Shown here piece by piece: positions 26,948 through 37,961 of a DNA stretch of 64,000 nt. Positions within the stretch are counted from its first letter, which is position 1; each line of letters begins with the position of its first letter. Made by a program: the position numbers and the translations under genes. The notes under the pieces are model-generated. The model worked only from the letters and a program-made list of their open reading frames with translations. It was not told where the DNA came from and ran no database searches. The stretch lies in the IMG/VR virus record IMGVR_UViG_3300036715_004471, positions 124,001-188,000 of that record. One strand, 5' to 3'.

Positions 26948-28294
26948 TTACGGTGGTGAAGCAATAATCCAATAAACTTGTCCATTATCTGAAGTCTCTA
27001 TAGTACCATCAGATTTTAAAGAGTTTATAATAAAACTAGCTAATCCACTTGCTGGATTTGATGTCACACTTACTACACTTGGAACACCAACATTTCCAAG
27101 ATTTAATCCGTGTCCAACTATAATTGGAGTAAATGCGCTAGTAATTGTAATTCCTGTAATTGATATTACTCCGGAAACAAAATTGTCTACTCCTGATTGC
27201 CAAGCCGGTCCAGTAGGACCTGTTGCTCCAGTAGGACCTGTCGCTCCGGTGGAACCCGCTGCTCCAGTAGCTCCCACATCTCCTATAATACCTATATTCC
27301 AAGAAGAATAACTGGCAACAGCGCCGGCTTTACGATCAGAATTTATACCTAAATTAGTTCCAGAATATGATATTACAATACCTTCCATATAAATAGATGA
27401 ATTTATAGAATAAGTTACTCTGACTCTATTACCTGGCACATATGCTAATCCTGATTGTACAGTAAATGAAACTACGCCCAATTGAAGAAGAACATTTGAT
27501 GTTGATGTTGCGCTATATCCAGGTCCTGTAGGTCCTGTAGGACCTGCGGGTCCAATAGCCGTTATCCACGTTTGTGTTTTAGTGTCCCACATATAGATAA
27601 AAGAATTAATAATACTTCTATGTGCTTGTGCTGGTACTAATTCAGAAAAACTGGCTCCATATCCAAATGTTCTTATTCCAGGATCAGTTGATGGAAGTAA
27701 TATTTCATCTCCATCATTGTAGTCACCACCATTTCTAGTATATTGTAGAATTTTCATCGTACTAACAGTACCAAAAATACGGTCTGTAGTAGTGCTAGAT
27801 GGATTTGTTTTTCTACCAATAATTCCTACATAATCAGGATGTTCAATAAAAAAAGTTATATTACCACTAACAGGGGTGGCTATACTCATATAATAATTAC
27901 TATAGCCATCTATTGCATCAGATAAATTTTGCATTGTAATATAACGATCTGAATCAATTAAAACTTCAAATGGTGCTGGAGAAGAATTAACAAAAGTCCA
28001 AGTTTCTGTGGCGCTTTCATTTTTTATGGTGAAAGTATCATTAACGTTAGGATTGATAGTTAATAAAAATGCAACAATTGGCACCACAAATCCATCATCA
28101 CTGCTACTAGACGTACTATTTTGTAATTGGAAATTATCAATTAATGTTACTTTCCAAGAATTGGCGGGACCAACTGGACCAGTTGGACCTGAAGCACCTT
28201 GCGGTCCAACTGGTCCAACTATCTCTATATCTGGATCGGTAACATACTTGGTGCCATCCCACCTAAGATACCCTGGTTGCAATATATTAGCCAT
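26948..28294 (-). CDS. Collagen-repeat fibre/structural protein
   Basis: Three G-X-Y tracts (GPVGPQGASGPTGP; GPAGPTGPTGP; GATGAAGSTGATGPTG). Confidence 0.8.
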   Translation of the reverse strand: MANILQPGYLRWDGTKYVTDPDIEIVGPVGPQGASGPTGPVGPANSWKVTLIDNFQLQNSTSSSSDDGFVVPIVAFLLTINPNVNDTFTIKNESATETWTFVNSSPAPFEVLIDSDRYITMQNLSDAIDGYSNYYMSIATPVSGNITFFIEHPDYVGIIGRKTNPSSTTTDRIFGTVSTMKILQYTRNGGDYNDGDEILLPSTDPGIRTFGYGASFSELVPAQAHRSIINSFIYMWDTKTQTWITAIGPAGPTGPTGPGYSATSTSNVLLQLGVVSFTVQSGLAYVPGNRVRVTYSINSSIYMEGIVISYSGTNLGINSDRKAGAVASYSSWNIGIIGDVGATGAAGSTGATGPTGATGPTGPAWQSGVDNFVSGVISITGITITSAFTPIIVGHGLNLGNVGVPSVVSVTSNPASGLASFIINSLKSDGTIETSDNGQVYWIIASPP

Positions 28295-28349
28295 TTTGTT
28301 CCTCTTGAATTACTTAAGAGAATATCAAAAATTTAGTATATAAGTCTAG

Positions 28350-28898
28350 TTAGATGCGCAGAGACAAAATAGAATCTATTAATCTAACTCTTTCTTGCAT
28401 ACTATCAGTATTGATTTGAAAATATCTTAATTGAAACATTTCACACAGAAATTTAACCTGCGCATCAATTGAAATAATTCCATCCCAGGAAATAGCTTCT
28501 CTTATTCCGTCTTCTTTCAAAGTAGCTTTAGAAGGTCTGACAAAGAAAATATATGAATCGGGAGATTTTAATTCATCGATATACAATTGTAATTCTTTAG
28601 ATTTCAATAGTTTAGGAAGTATTCTACTATGTTGAGCGGCATAAGCCAAACAATCAAAACTTCTATCAGACACAAAGCTATCGAATTTACTTTCTTGCTC
28701 AATTTGCCTGCTGAATATCTTAGATTGATATTCATCAACTATATCCAAATTGGTTCTTAAAGAATCTAAATGTAATTCTTTTTCTGATAGAATCATTCTG
28801 GCTACTTCTGTAATCATAGGAATATTATATGTTTCTGAGACATATCTAGCACAAGTGGTTTTGCCAGTTGAATGAGATCCAATAAAGTATACTTTCAT
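28350..28898 (-). CDS. P-loop nucleoside/nucleotide kinase (AAA_28/NadR-like)
   Basis: GSHSTGKTT, ITEVAR and SDRSFD motifs. Confidence 0.8.
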   Translation of the reverse strand: MKVYFIGSHSTGKTTCARYVSETYNIPMITEVARMILSEKELHLDSLRTNLDIVDEYQSKIFSRQIEQESKFDSFVSDRSFDCLAYAAQHSRILPKLLKSKELQLYIDELKSPDSYIFFVRPSKATLKEDGIREAISWDGIISIDAQVKFLCEMFQLRYFQINTDSMQERVRLIDSILSLRI

Positions 28899-29377
28899 AC
28901 GAATGCCTTTAACTTTTCAAATTTTTCTAAAATGTGGAGAGTTTCATTTTCACTTAATGTGAACATCATTAAGTAAACGTCTTTATAATCATCACCATGA
29001 GGACAATCATAATCATGCGCGAATTGATAATCGACATAGTATATGGGTATTTTATCCCTACAATACTTTTCATAAATAGATCCTGACCAGCCTCTTTTAT
29101 TCAAGCATTGTAATATATATTTGCCAGCATTTACTTTATCTTGAGTCTTATGAATAGCTGTAATACAGAAATTTTCGTCAAATTTCTTATGAAAATCTAC
29201 GAATCCTTTTAGATATCCATAAGTAATAGGCTTTTTATTCTTTAAGAAATCGGTAATAGACAAAGATTCTGTCAATAAATACTTAGATGTTAACTCTTGC
29301 CATAAATCTTTGGCTTTGTCTTCAGCTTTTTGATTTATGAATTCGTCATTATGTTTTAATGATTTACGTCTGGACAT
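28895..29377 (-). CDS. Hypothetical protein with C-terminal tag (KFEKLKAFV)
   Basis: Shared C-terminal motif. Confidence 0.7.
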   Translation of the reverse strand: MSRRKSLKHNDEFINQKAEDKAKDLWQELTSKYLLTESLSITDFLKNKKPITYGYLKGFVDFHKKFDENFCITAIHKTQDKVNAGKYILQCLNKRGWSGSIYEKYCRDKIPIYYVDYQFAHDYDCPHGDDYKDVYLMMFTLSENETLHILEKFEKLKAFV

Positions 29378-30038
29378 CCGAAATCAACTTACTACCTTTT
29401 TTCATATTCATAGTTTTTTCTAAAGGTCTTAGATTATTTAATGACCAACACTTTTTGAAATTCTCATCATTCATACTTGTATATAGTAATTTACTTTGAG
29501 GGATGATATGATCAATGTGCCAGTAAGAGCCATAATTATTCCATGACATATTTTGATCAAATTGTTTTTCTAAATGCTCTTTTAATTCAACAATAGAATA
29601 AGGAATATACTTCAAAAATGTTAGATTTTTCTTATTATTTTTCAATATGTGATGAATCAATCTAGAACAATTTTGTTTTAACTTATACGCAGGATCATTT
29701 TTTCTTCTGTTTTTAACATATTCATTTTGATAATTACGTATTTTACTTTTATTAACCTTGCGATATTCTTTTTGTTGTGACAAAATATCATTTATATTGT
29801 CTTTATAATATTCTTTTTGTTCTACCAATAACTCTTCTCTATGAATTTCATAATATCTTTTCTTATTCAATAAGATATGTTCAATATTATTCTCATAATA
29901 TTTTTGTCTTTTTACTGAAAGTTCTTTGTTATGATCATTTCTATATATTTTTTGATATTCACAATTGCAATCTTTGCATTTTTTAGTTCCTTTAACAAAA
30001 TCCTCCTTTTCTAGATTACAAAATTTACATATTTTCAT
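29364..30038 (-). mobile_element. HNH-like homing endonuclease
   Basis: N-terminal CxxC...CxxC, K/Y-rich repeats, and WHIDHIIP...CWSLNNLRPL...N. Confidence 0.8.
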
Positions 30039-30039
30039 A

Positions 30040-30222
30040 TTATTCCTTATATTTTAAATCTGATATCAAGTCTTTGAATTCCAAAATTGATACCTCACAT
30101 GTATTAACTATTTTCTTTAAAGGATTATCATAATCCTTGGCAGAAATGGTCAAGATAATTTTACTGTTATCATCAGACATATAAAAATATACATAGCTTT
30201 TATCATCAAATTGAATTTTCAT
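30040..30222 (-). CDS. Hypothetical protein
   Basis: 60-aa ORF with coupled start/stop. Confidence 0.6.
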   Translation of the reverse strand: MKIQFDDKSYVYFYMSDDNSKIILTISAKDYDNPLKKIVNTCEVSILEFKDLISDLKYKE

Positions 30223-30428
30223 GGTGCCCTTCTAAATATTGGTTTGGGTGGAATAAAAAATATCAAATCGGTAAATAATATTTTGCCAGCCGTTAATAAC
30301 AAATGTATATCGTCACCCGACCACCCTTCATTTAAGTAGTCAGTAATAATATCTTGTTCACTCATACCATTAGATAGTGCTTGAAAGATTATTTTTATGT
30401 GTTTATCGGCTAAATCAATATTTTTCAT
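30219..30428 (-). CDS. Hypothetical protein
   Basis: 69-aa ORF with coupled start/stop. Confidence 0.6.
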   Translation of the reverse strand: MKNIDLADKHIKIIFQALSNGMSEQDIITDYLNEGWSGDDIHLLLTAGKILFTDLIFFIPPKPIFRRAP

Positions 30429-30775
30429 AAGAATAACTTAAGTTTCTTAAATCTATTCCATCTGTACCAAAAATCTTTTACATCAGTACAGATCCCATAC
30501 TTTTTCTTATTGTTAGATAATTCGAAGACCCAAGGGTATATATTTTGCCAACTATGCCAAGTTGGACCAACTTGTCTGCCCTTAACAATTATTGTGCTAG
30601 AACTTTTGAAAATCTTTTTAGGAATAGGTAAGAAGAAGTTTTTTCTTTCACATGGGAACAGTTTCATAAACTCTACCAATAATTCATGTGAATGTTTTTC
30701 TATTTCTTGTTTGATTTCATTCCATTGATTCATACAAAAGACCTCACTCTTGAAAACTTCTTCCATCTTTTCCAA
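30425..30775 (-). CDS. Hypothetical protein with C-terminal tag (RFKKLKLFL)
   Basis: Shared C-terminal motif. Confidence 0.65.
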   Translation of the reverse strand: MEKMEEVFKSEVFCMNQWNEIKQEIEKHSHELLVEFMKLFPCERKNFFLPIPKKIFKSSSTIIVKGRQVGPTWHSWQNIYPWVFELSNNKKKYGICTDVKDFWYRWNRFKKLKLFL

Positions 30776-30846
30776 AATTCTTCTGGGTTTTCATACTTAA
30801 TATGCTCAGTGGTATATGCTTCATTTATTGCTTTTGGCTCAACCCC

Positions 30847-31089
30847 TTAATTTCTAGCAACCTTCATTTTAACAGCAATTATATTCTGCTCAGCCACATA
30901 TTCTTTGTTTCTTACCTCTACAGTATGAACTGGATTCTTACATGGAAAAAGTTCCTCAAATTTTCTTATAGTTTTCCAGGAGAATTTAGACAATTCTTCG
31001 TCAATTAATCTATTCGCCCTACGAGTCTCGCGGTGCTCGTCGCCATATTTTTCGTCATCTTCAGTATAAATTACAACATCATCAACCAT
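30847..31089 (-). CDS. Hypothetical protein
   Basis: Likely start MVDDV after AAGGTG. Confidence 0.55.
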   Translation of the reverse strand: MVDDVVIYTEDDEKYGDEHRETRRANRLIDEELSKFSWKTIRKFEELFPCKNPVHTVEVRNKEYVAEQNIIAVKMKVARN

Positions 31090-31445
31090 GTCAGCACCTT
31101 GTTTCTTATATTTGTTGGAGATATTGCCAAACACTCATCATAGGAATATATAATTCTACCACAAATCAAATTGGTTTTGTTTTTCATCAAATCTAATTGA
31201 ACAGTATAAGATTTTTCATTAATTTCTGTATCAATTTCTAATTTGATCAGAATATCATCTTTACCAATATACTGACATTTACAATTTTTGTAGTAATAAT
31301 AGCATTTGGTTTCGGATAAAAGATGAGCCTTAATGTCTTCTTTGCAATACAAACAATTAAAAAACTTCTCCCTTTTCTCATGTAAAAAAGATCTATTTAA
31401 TTGTCCTTGACTAGAAATGAATACTAAGTCAGATTTTTCCGACAT
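31071..31445 (-). CDS. CxxC family protein with C-terminal tag variant (KVLTWLMML)
   Basis: CLYC and CKC motifs; ISPTN before the tag matches ISPNN/INPQN in 3166..4207. Confidence 0.7.
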   Translation of the reverse strand: MSEKSDLVFISSQGQLNRSFLHEKREKFFNCLYCKEDIKAHLLSETKCYYYYKNCKCQYIGKDDILIKLEIDTEINEKSYTVQLDLMKNKTNLICGRIIYSYDECLAISPTNIRNKVLTWLMML

Positions 31446-32238
31446 TATCTCTCCTAGTAATTATCTCAACTTTATCTTCATGTACAAAAACAGAATGTTC
31501 AAAGTGGGCACTAATATTTTGTCCCCACACAGTCCATCCATCTTTATCCACATAAGTATAAGTATCACCAATAACCAACATTGGTTCAATAGCAATAGCT
31601 AGACCTGGCTGAATTCTAATACCGTCTCCTGGATCTGCTTTATTCTCTACAAATGGGGCGGCATGAGGATGATTCCAATCTAATCCGTGACCGCCGTATT
31701 TAGTAATCAAACCAAATCCATATTTCTTATTAGTTTTATGGATGGCATTTCCAATACATCCTAATTTCTTACCCACTTGAATAGCATTTATTCCTGCCAT
31801 TAAGGCTTCCTCTGTAGCTTGAAGAAGAGAGGTATGAACAGATGATTTGGGCTCACCAAAAATACATGTGATAGCAGAATCAGCTATTGCGCCTTTATAA
31901 GTAGCACCCAAATCAAAACTTATCACATCGCCTTCTTGCAAATGATAATCAATAGGAATACCGTGTACTAATTGTTTGTTTACAGAAATACAAACTCCCG
32001 CGGGAAATCCTTTATAACCTTTGAAAGTTAATTCACAGTCTTGGTCAAGAATGAATTCTTCCGCCAATTCATTCATTTTTATTAATGAAAGATCACTTTT
32101 AGATTCAACAAAGCCTTGTAATAACAAAAGGGCGCCAGCTACTACTCTGCCGGCTACCCTTTGTTTTTCAAGCCAATCTAGATCTTTGAGTGTTACAAAA
32201 CTATCTGAGGCAAATGCCCCTTGTGATGAGATTCTCAT
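31429..32238 (-). CDS. map: Methionine aminopeptidase type I
   Basis: CISVNKQLVHGIP, DLG...DSA, GHGL, IEPM and SAHFEHSV motifs. Confidence 0.95.
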   Translation of the reverse strand: MRISSQGAFASDSFVTLKDLDWLEKQRVAGRVVAGALLLLQGFVESKSDLSLIKMNELAEEFILDQDCELTFKGYKGFPAGVCISVNKQLVHGIPIDYHLQEGDVISFDLGATYKGAIADSAITCIFGEPKSSVHTSLLQATEEALMAGINAIQVGKKLGCIGNAIHKTNKKYGFGLITKYGGHGLDWNHPHAAPFVENKADPGDGIRIQPGLAIAIEPMLVIGDTYTYVDKDGWTVWGQNISAHFEHSVFVHEDKVEIITRRDNVGKI

Positions 32239-32262
32239 TTCAACTTACCTTAAATGAAACCC

Positions 32263-32508
32263 TTACTTTTTGAGACCAGATTTGATATTTGTGATACGAA
32301 CTACATCTTCGATGGCTTGCTTAACGCCCTCATAACCAATGTAATCCTTAAACTCAGTACCCTTCAAGATTCCAACAATTTTCTTATCTAAAAGAATGAG
32401 TATTCCATTCAACTCATTAACTGTTGGTCTGTCCAGACTCATATTGCCAGTGGAATTTACTACGTATTGTCTGATGGTTATCAGATCACTTAATTCTTTG
32501 AGGTCCAT
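32263..32508 (-). CDS. Hypothetical protein
   Basis: 81-aa ORF in an operon. Confidence 0.65.
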   Translation of the reverse strand: MDLKELSDLITIRQYVVNSTGNMSLDRPTVNELNGILILLDKKIVGILKGTEFKDYIGYEGVKQAIEDVVRITNIKSGLKK

Positions 32509-32510
32509 TG

Positions 32511-32783
32511 TTAAGCCTTTTGAACTGCTCCGCCTCTAAGAATCTCGCCAGCTTCAGAAATAGCATCTACTTCCGTAAGACCATACTTCATGTATAGCTG
32601 AAGAACTACATACTTATATGCTAATTCGGAAGTTTCATTTTGAGCTAATGCCTTTTCAGCATTAGCTAAAGTCACCTTACGATTAGCTTTAGCTAATTCC
32701 AAAGCCATTCTATCTATTTCTTGTAGTTTAGGTGTTACAGCTTGTTCAACTACTGCTGCCGCATCTTTTTCTTCTGAAACCAT
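32511..32783 (-). CDS. Hypothetical coiled-coil protein
   Basis: 90-aa ORF with GAGG RBS. Confidence 0.65.
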   Translation of the reverse strand: MVSEEKDAAAVVEQAVTPKLQEIDRMALELAKANRKVTLANAEKALAQNETSELAYKYVVLQLYMKYGLTEVDAISEAGEILRGGAVQKA

Positions 32784-32792
32784 TTTAACCTC

Positions 32793-34124
32793 TTACAAAA
32801 TTTCTGCTGCCTTAGATGCTAGCTTGCTTCTCTCACCTTGAACGAAAGTTACATGTCCAGCCAACTCAGAATCTTTAAACTTTTCAATTATATGAGTTAA
32901 GCCGTTGCTCGTAGCATCCAGTGATGAATTATCAATTTGCTCTATATCGCCAGTCAAAATTATTTTTGTACCCTCACCGGCACGTGTCAAGATAGTCTTG
33001 ACTTCATCCTTCGTCAAGTTCTGGCATTCATCAATCAAAATTATTGAATTTGGAATGCTTCTTCCACGAATATAAGTAATTGCTTCCATTTCAATGGCGC
33101 CCTTTTTCTGGAACATTTCTAGGTCTCTTTTCCATTCATAGGTATTACTATTACTCTTAGATGATTTATTGGCAAATAAGAATTCAAAGTTATCCATGAT
33201 AGCTTGAAACCAAGGAGCCAGCTTTTCTTCCATTGTACCAGGCAAATATCCAATATCATTTCCGACAGGTTGAATTGGTCTATAGATAACAAACTTCTCG
33301 TATTCTTTTCTATTCAAAACTAGTTCAAGAGCGGCTGCCAAAGCTACTAAACTTTTGCCAGTACCAGCCTTACCAATTAAAGTTACCAAATCAATGCTTT
33401 TATCCATTATCAAATCAACAGCAAATGACTGCTCTTTGTTTCTGCATGAAACGCCCCAGGGAAAATGCTTCTTCAAAAGCTTAACTTTGTCCCCTGCTAT
33501 CTTACGTCCCATGGCAATTCCATCTCCCTGTTCATTTTGAAATAGAATACATTCATGTGGGTGCAATTCTGCTAATCCAAAATCTCTTGGATTAATAGAG
33601 CCAAATTGTTGAATAGCATAACCAGCTTCTTCATTAACTATTGTTTGAATACCAGCATACAATTCACTGAAAGAATACTTAACATCTTCATGTGATTGTG
33701 CGTCCATACTTCTAGATTTAGCTTTGATTCTTAGATTGATGTCATTACTTACTAAGGTTACATCACGAAATGGATGTTCTTTCCAAGTAATATATAAGCA
33801 AGCCAAGATCTGCGTATCTCCATAATCTGGATCTCCAAACCCAGCAAAAGCAGGATTATTCAAATCATAATAAGTCGCGTCTATTTTTAACAAAATATCA
33901 TTATCTAACAATATTCCAGTGCTAATATCTCCCAAGTTAGAAATTTCATCTATCATACGGGAAGCAACTCTTGCATTTTTGCCGGCTTCATTAAGTTGTT
34001 TCTTCAACTTATCTAATTCGGTCAAAACAGCGATAGGAATAACGACATCGCTGTGTGAGAAATGCTTGTAAGCGCCCGGGTCTTGAATCAATGCGGATGT
34101 ATCTAAGACGTATGTTTTTCTCAT
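32793..34124 (-). CDS. phoH: PhoH-family ATPase with N-terminal PIN domain
   Basis: YVLDTS PIN motif, GKAGTGKS, GYLPG, RGRS, DECQN and TGDIEQID. Likely start at MRKTY. Confidence 0.92.
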   Translation of the reverse strand: MRKTYVLDTSALIQDPGAYKHFSHSDVVIPIAVLTELDKLKKQLNEAGKNARVASRMIDEISNLGDISTGILLDNDILLKIDATYYDLNNPAFAGFGDPDYGDTQILACLYITWKEHPFRDVTLVSNDINLRIKAKSRSMDAQSHEDVKYSFSELYAGIQTIVNEEAGYAIQQFGSINPRDFGLAELHPHECILFQNEQGDGIAMGRKIAGDKVKLLKKHFPWGVSCRNKEQSFAVDLIMDKSIDLVTLIGKAGTGKSLVALAAALELVLNRKEYEKFVIYRPIQPVGNDIGYLPGTMEEKLAPWFQAIMDNFEFLFANKSSKSNSNTYEWKRDLEMFQKKGAIEMEAITYIRGRSIPNSIILIDECQNLTKDEVKTILTRAGEGTKIILTGDIEQIDNSSLDATSNGLTHIIEKFKDSELAGHVTFVQGERSKLASKAAEIL

Positions 34125-34132
34125 TAGTTCTC

Positions 34133-34510
34133 TTATGTGGGTTCTTCTTGCTCTTCGAATAGTGACCAACAATTAATTTCCATTTCTAGATATAATTGTT
34201 TTTTGGGATCAATTTGACCAAGATCCCTTTTTAATTTGTAGTTGCATCTGCGCCATTCTCCAACTAATTCTTTTTCAACGTACACTGCTAAGTATCCGTC
34301 CGAATCATCTATAACCTGAATAGCATAGTTGGAGAGCGTGTTTCTCAATTTCATTTTTTGTTCAATAGATAATGTTAATTCATCTGCTTTCCAAAATTCT
34401 TGAATTGGAAGACCTATTTCCTCCAGCAGATATCGAAGAAATCTGTTTTTCTCTTCTTTCTCAATCTGCTGGAGATTTTCATTGTATTTAAGTTGGATGA
34501 TAGCTTGCAT
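34133..34510 (-). CDS. Hypothetical protein
   Basis: 125-aa ORF in an operon. Confidence 0.65.
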   Translation of the reverse strand: MQAIIQLKYNENLQQIEKEEKNRFLRYLLEEIGLPIQEFWKADELTLSIEQKMKLRNTLSNYAIQVIDDSDGYLAVYVEKELVGEWRRCNYKLKRDLGQIDPKKQLYLEMEINCWSLFEEQEEPT

Positions 34511-34554
34511 TTACGTAGAGAATATCTTTTAATTAGTAACAACTTGCAAAACTT

Positions 34555-37077
34555 TTATCCACACTTGCTTGCTTTACAAGAAGTGCAAGTTATACATCCT
34601 TCTTGATATACCAAAGTTCCTTCTGCTCCGCAAGAAACACAAGCTTTTTCAGCCGTAGCTTTGCTTCCATCTTTAATGTAAGATTTTAGAACCCTGGCGA
34701 CAACTTTAGAAAACGATGTCATTTCCGCATACTTGTCTTTCGTTAATTGTTCTACTACATATTGAATTGGAGTGCCATGTCTAAGATTAAGAGAAATCAT
34801 TCTAGTAAAAGCTTCGTGAGTTTTATTCTCAAAGATTTTGGCAATATCCTTAATGACCATCTTATCATCTGGTGTAGGCTCTCCTATTACCAAATTGTAA
34901 GTAGTTAATCCATCAGCGTTTTTACCATTCTTAAGAATTTTTCCAGTCTTATATTTATTGGGGATATCAACAAACTTGGAAAGACCCCCGAATATTTCAT
35001 ATGGTTTTCCACCTAACAATCCTACAAATATAGTCCAAGCCTCTCCACTTACCTTAGCTTTCCTGATGTCACAAGTTAATTCTATAGGTCTTTTAGGAGC
35101 CATAACACAATCTATATCGGCGGGTCTTTCTCCTGGAGCTTTTAACTTCTTAGCATCTTCTTCGCTAACCAACACGCCGGTACGACAACCATCACGATAT
35201 ACTGTGAAACCTTTGCAACCAGATTCCCAAGCGCGCATATATACTTGAGAAACAATTTCTCTTGTAGCATCACTTGGTAAATTACAGGTTTTACTAATAC
35301 TATGGTCAACAGATTGTTGAGCAGCCGCTTGTAAATCTACAGAAGCGATCCAATCAATATCATTAGAAGTTGCTTTCCAATAAGGTGATTTAACAATATC
35401 AGATTCTCCAGTAATATCCATCCATTTCTTAACACCATGATGGTAAATGGTAAATTCTTGCCACCTATCGCCCAAAGTATCAACAAAATCTACTCTAGCA
35501 TTCTTATCTGATGGATTTATCTTCTTACGTCTCACATAAGAAAGAAGATAAGCTGGCTCAATACCAGAAGTTGTCTGAGTCAATGTAGAGACAGAACCAG
35601 TTGGCGCTGTAGTAGTCAAAGCAATATTACGACGACCATATTTCTTCCACATTGTACTAACTGACTTACCAGCATTAGTCATGATACCTTTTAAGTAAGC
35701 ATGATCTTTTTCTTTGGCATAATTAAATGTAGGAAAAGCTCCTCTTTCTTTTGCCATAATACAAGATGAAGTGTGAGCACCAATTGCCAGCGCACGATAA
35801 ATCTTACGAGTTAATTCGATAGATTCTGGAGAGCCGTATTTGACGCCTAACATAGCAATGCAATCGCCTAAAGCGGTAATACCTAAACCTGTTCTACGAC
35901 CACCAATATTAGCGGTGCGAATCTTTTTCCAAAGATTTAATTCGGTTTGTTTCGCTTCTTCCGGTTCGGGATCTGATTTTATTTTCTCAATGATACGATC
36001 AATACACTCTATTTCTAGATCAATAATATCATCCATCAATCTTTGTGCAATAATCGTATGTTCATGAAACAAATTATAATCGAATTCGGCGGCACTTGTA
36101 AATGGATTTTTTACATAGCTGGACAAATTCAAAACCAACAAACGGCAAGCGTCATAAGCTGATAATACGATTTCTCCACATGGATTAGTAGAGATAGATC
36201 CGTAACCTTCTTCTTCATAGATATCTGCCGGAGTAGTTGATTTAACATTATCCCAAAACAAAACACCTGGTTCAGCAGATGTCCAAGCGGCATCAACTAA
36301 TTGATCCCAAATGCTTTTGGCATCTACTACTTTAGTAATCTTGGCATTTTCAGGTGTTGCATCAACTGGCCAACGTAGAGTGTACTTTTCATTATTCTTA
36401 ACAGCGTTCATAAATTGATCATTGAAACGAATAGAAATATTCGCCCCAGTGACTTTCTTTAAGTTTCTTTTGATATTAATGAATGTTTCAATTTCAGGAT
36501 GATTAACCGAAATGGTAATCATTTCGGCACCACGTCTACCATTTTGGGCAACTTCGCGGCAAGTATTGCTAAATCTTTCCATGAAAACACCAATACCATC
36601 AGTAGTTTTTGCGGCATTGGCAGTTAATGTATCTTTAGGTCTAATACCTGAAATATCAAGACCTACTCCACCACGACGTTTCATGATTTGAGCTAGCTCT
36701 TGATCAGCTAACATAATTCCACCATAGGAATCTAGCTTATTAGAATATACTCCTTGAATTACAAAACAATTCGATAAGCTTTGTAATTGATATGGATTTC
36801 CAATAGCAGACATAGGGCTGCCTTGAGGAACGATGTATTGAAAACGATCAATTAAATTGAAAATTTGTTCTTCTGATAAAGAATTAGGATACTTTTTTTC
36901 AATTCTAGCAAATTCTTTTGCTAAACGATGATGCATATCAACAGGGGTTAACTCTAAATATTCTCCATCTGTAGTTTGTAATGCATATTTATCTACGAAT
37001 ACTTTGGCAGCAAATTCATCTCCATTAAAATAATCCGTGGACTTTTCCAAAACCTGAGCATAAGTGTGTCCCTGCAT
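34555..37077 (-). CDS. nrdJ: Class II (B12-dependent) ribonucleotide reductase
   Basis: SNCFV, TNPCGEI, TTAPTGSVS, SISKTCN and C-terminal CxxC...CxxC; no small subunit gene nearby. Confidence 0.88.
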   Translation of the reverse strand: MQGHTYAQVLEKSTDYFNGDEFAAKVFVDKYALQTTDGEYLELTPVDMHHRLAKEFARIEKKYPNSLSEEQIFNLIDRFQYIVPQGSPMSAIGNPYQLQSLSNCFVIQGVYSNKLDSYGGIMLADQELAQIMKRRGGVGLDISGIRPKDTLTANAAKTTDGIGVFMERFSNTCREVAQNGRRGAEMITISVNHPEIETFINIKRNLKKVTGANISIRFNDQFMNAVKNNEKYTLRWPVDATPENAKITKVVDAKSIWDQLVDAAWTSAEPGVLFWDNVKSTTPADIYEEEGYGSISTNPCGEIVLSAYDACRLLVLNLSSYVKNPFTSAAEFDYNLFHEHTIIAQRLMDDIIDLEIECIDRIIEKIKSDPEPEEAKQTELNLWKKIRTANIGGRRTGLGITALGDCIAMLGVKYGSPESIELTRKIYRALAIGAHTSSCIMAKERGAFPTFNYAKEKDHAYLKGIMTNAGKSVSTMWKKYGRRNIALTTTAPTGSVSTLTQTTSGIEPAYLLSYVRRKKINPSDKNARVDFVDTLGDRWQEFTIYHHGVKKWMDITGESDIVKSPYWKATSNDIDWIASVDLQAAAQQSVDHSISKTCNLPSDATREIVSQVYMRAWESGCKGFTVYRDGCRTGVLVSEEDAKKLKAPGERPADIDCVMAPKRPIELTCDIRKAKVSGEAWTIFVGLLGGKPYEIFGGLSKFVDIPNKYKTGKILKNGKNADGLTTYNLVIGEPTPDDKMVIKDIAKIFENKTHEAFTRMISLNLRHGTPIQYVVEQLTKDKYAEMTSFSKVVARVLKSYIKDGSKATAEKACVSCGAEGTLVYQEGCITCTSCKASKCG

Positions 37078-37126
37078 AATTCACCTTGTGAGAATTAATT
37101 CCTTGAAATTCATGTTATGTAATTGC

Positions 37127-37750
37127 TTATACTGCAATATTGTTCTTCATAAGGGCAAGCGCACTATTAATCGTTTTAATGCAACTCAGCCTAGATATGC
37201 TTAGTTTTTTACATATCTTATTAATAGACATTGGTTTGTCTCCATCAAACCCATATGCCAAATTGATAATATCTTTTTGCTCATTTGTTAATACAGCAAA
37301 AGCATTTTGAATAGCATTATTCAATTGAGATTCTTCCAGTTCCTTATCAGGACAATGTCTTTCTTCAATCAAAGTAGGCATGATAGCCTCTTTGTGTGGA
37401 GTATTCATCTTAGCAACCTTCAAAGGATATCTAATAGTGGTGTGTAAATTAGCACTTCTAGAAATACGAGTGTCAATATACTTATGTGCCCACCAGAAAA
37501 AAGATCCTTTCTTAGGATTATAGTTATTCATGGCTTTAATCAAAGCCTCGAAACCTTCTTGATTCAAATCATCATAATTACTGAATGCTTTGTAGCGACC
37601 AGTTTTCATAGTAACTAAATACTTGAAATTTTGAATACAAATCTTCTCATGTTTTTTCAATTCTATATCAATTTGAGGATCTGTTTTAGATTTGGATCTA
37701 AGATCTATCAATTTGATCATTAAGTCTTGTGCTTCTTGTTCTGTTAACAT
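37127..37750 (-). CDS. RNA polymerase sigma70-family factor
   Basis: Region 2 (DDLNQEGFEALIKAMNNYNPKKGSFFWWA) and region-4 HTH (LTNEQKDII...SINKICKKLSISR). Confidence 0.88.
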   Translation of the reverse strand: MLTEQEAQDLMIKLIDLRSKSKTDPQIDIELKKHEKICIQNFKYLVTMKTGRYKAFSNYDDLNQEGFEALIKAMNNYNPKKGSFFWWAHKYIDTRISRSANLHTTIRYPLKVAKMNTPHKEAIMPTLIEERHCPDKELEESQLNNAIQNAFAVLTNEQKDIINLAYGFDGDKPMSINKICKKLSISRLSCIKTINSALALMKNNIAV

Positions 37751-37813
37751 TTATATTCTCGCTCTATTCAGCCAATGGAAGTATCTGTTATACTCAATTA
37801 TTGATACACATTA

Positions 37814-37960
37814 TTACTTGTTACTTATGTCTTCCAAACTTTCAATAACAGATTCAATAGTTGATTTGATTAGCTCTTCATCGTCTAATGTTAGAACGAA
37901 TTTAAGCAGATCAATGATCTGTTTCATTTTAGTCTTTCGACTTACTTTGTTGGTTGCCAT
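37814..37960 (-). CDS. 48-aa hypothetical protein; not in the ORF track
   Basis: MATNKVSRKTKMKQIIDLLKFVLTLDDEELIKSTIESVIESLEDISNK; starts immediately after the stop of the upstream gene. Confidence 0.55.
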   Translation of the reverse strand: MATNKVSRKTKMKQIIDLLKFVLTLDDEELIKSTIESVIESLEDISNK

Positions 37961-37961
37961 G

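Noticed and set aside
27206-28216. Short DNA repeats such as ggtcctgtaggtcctgtagg
   Set aside because: Explained by collagen G-X-Y coding.
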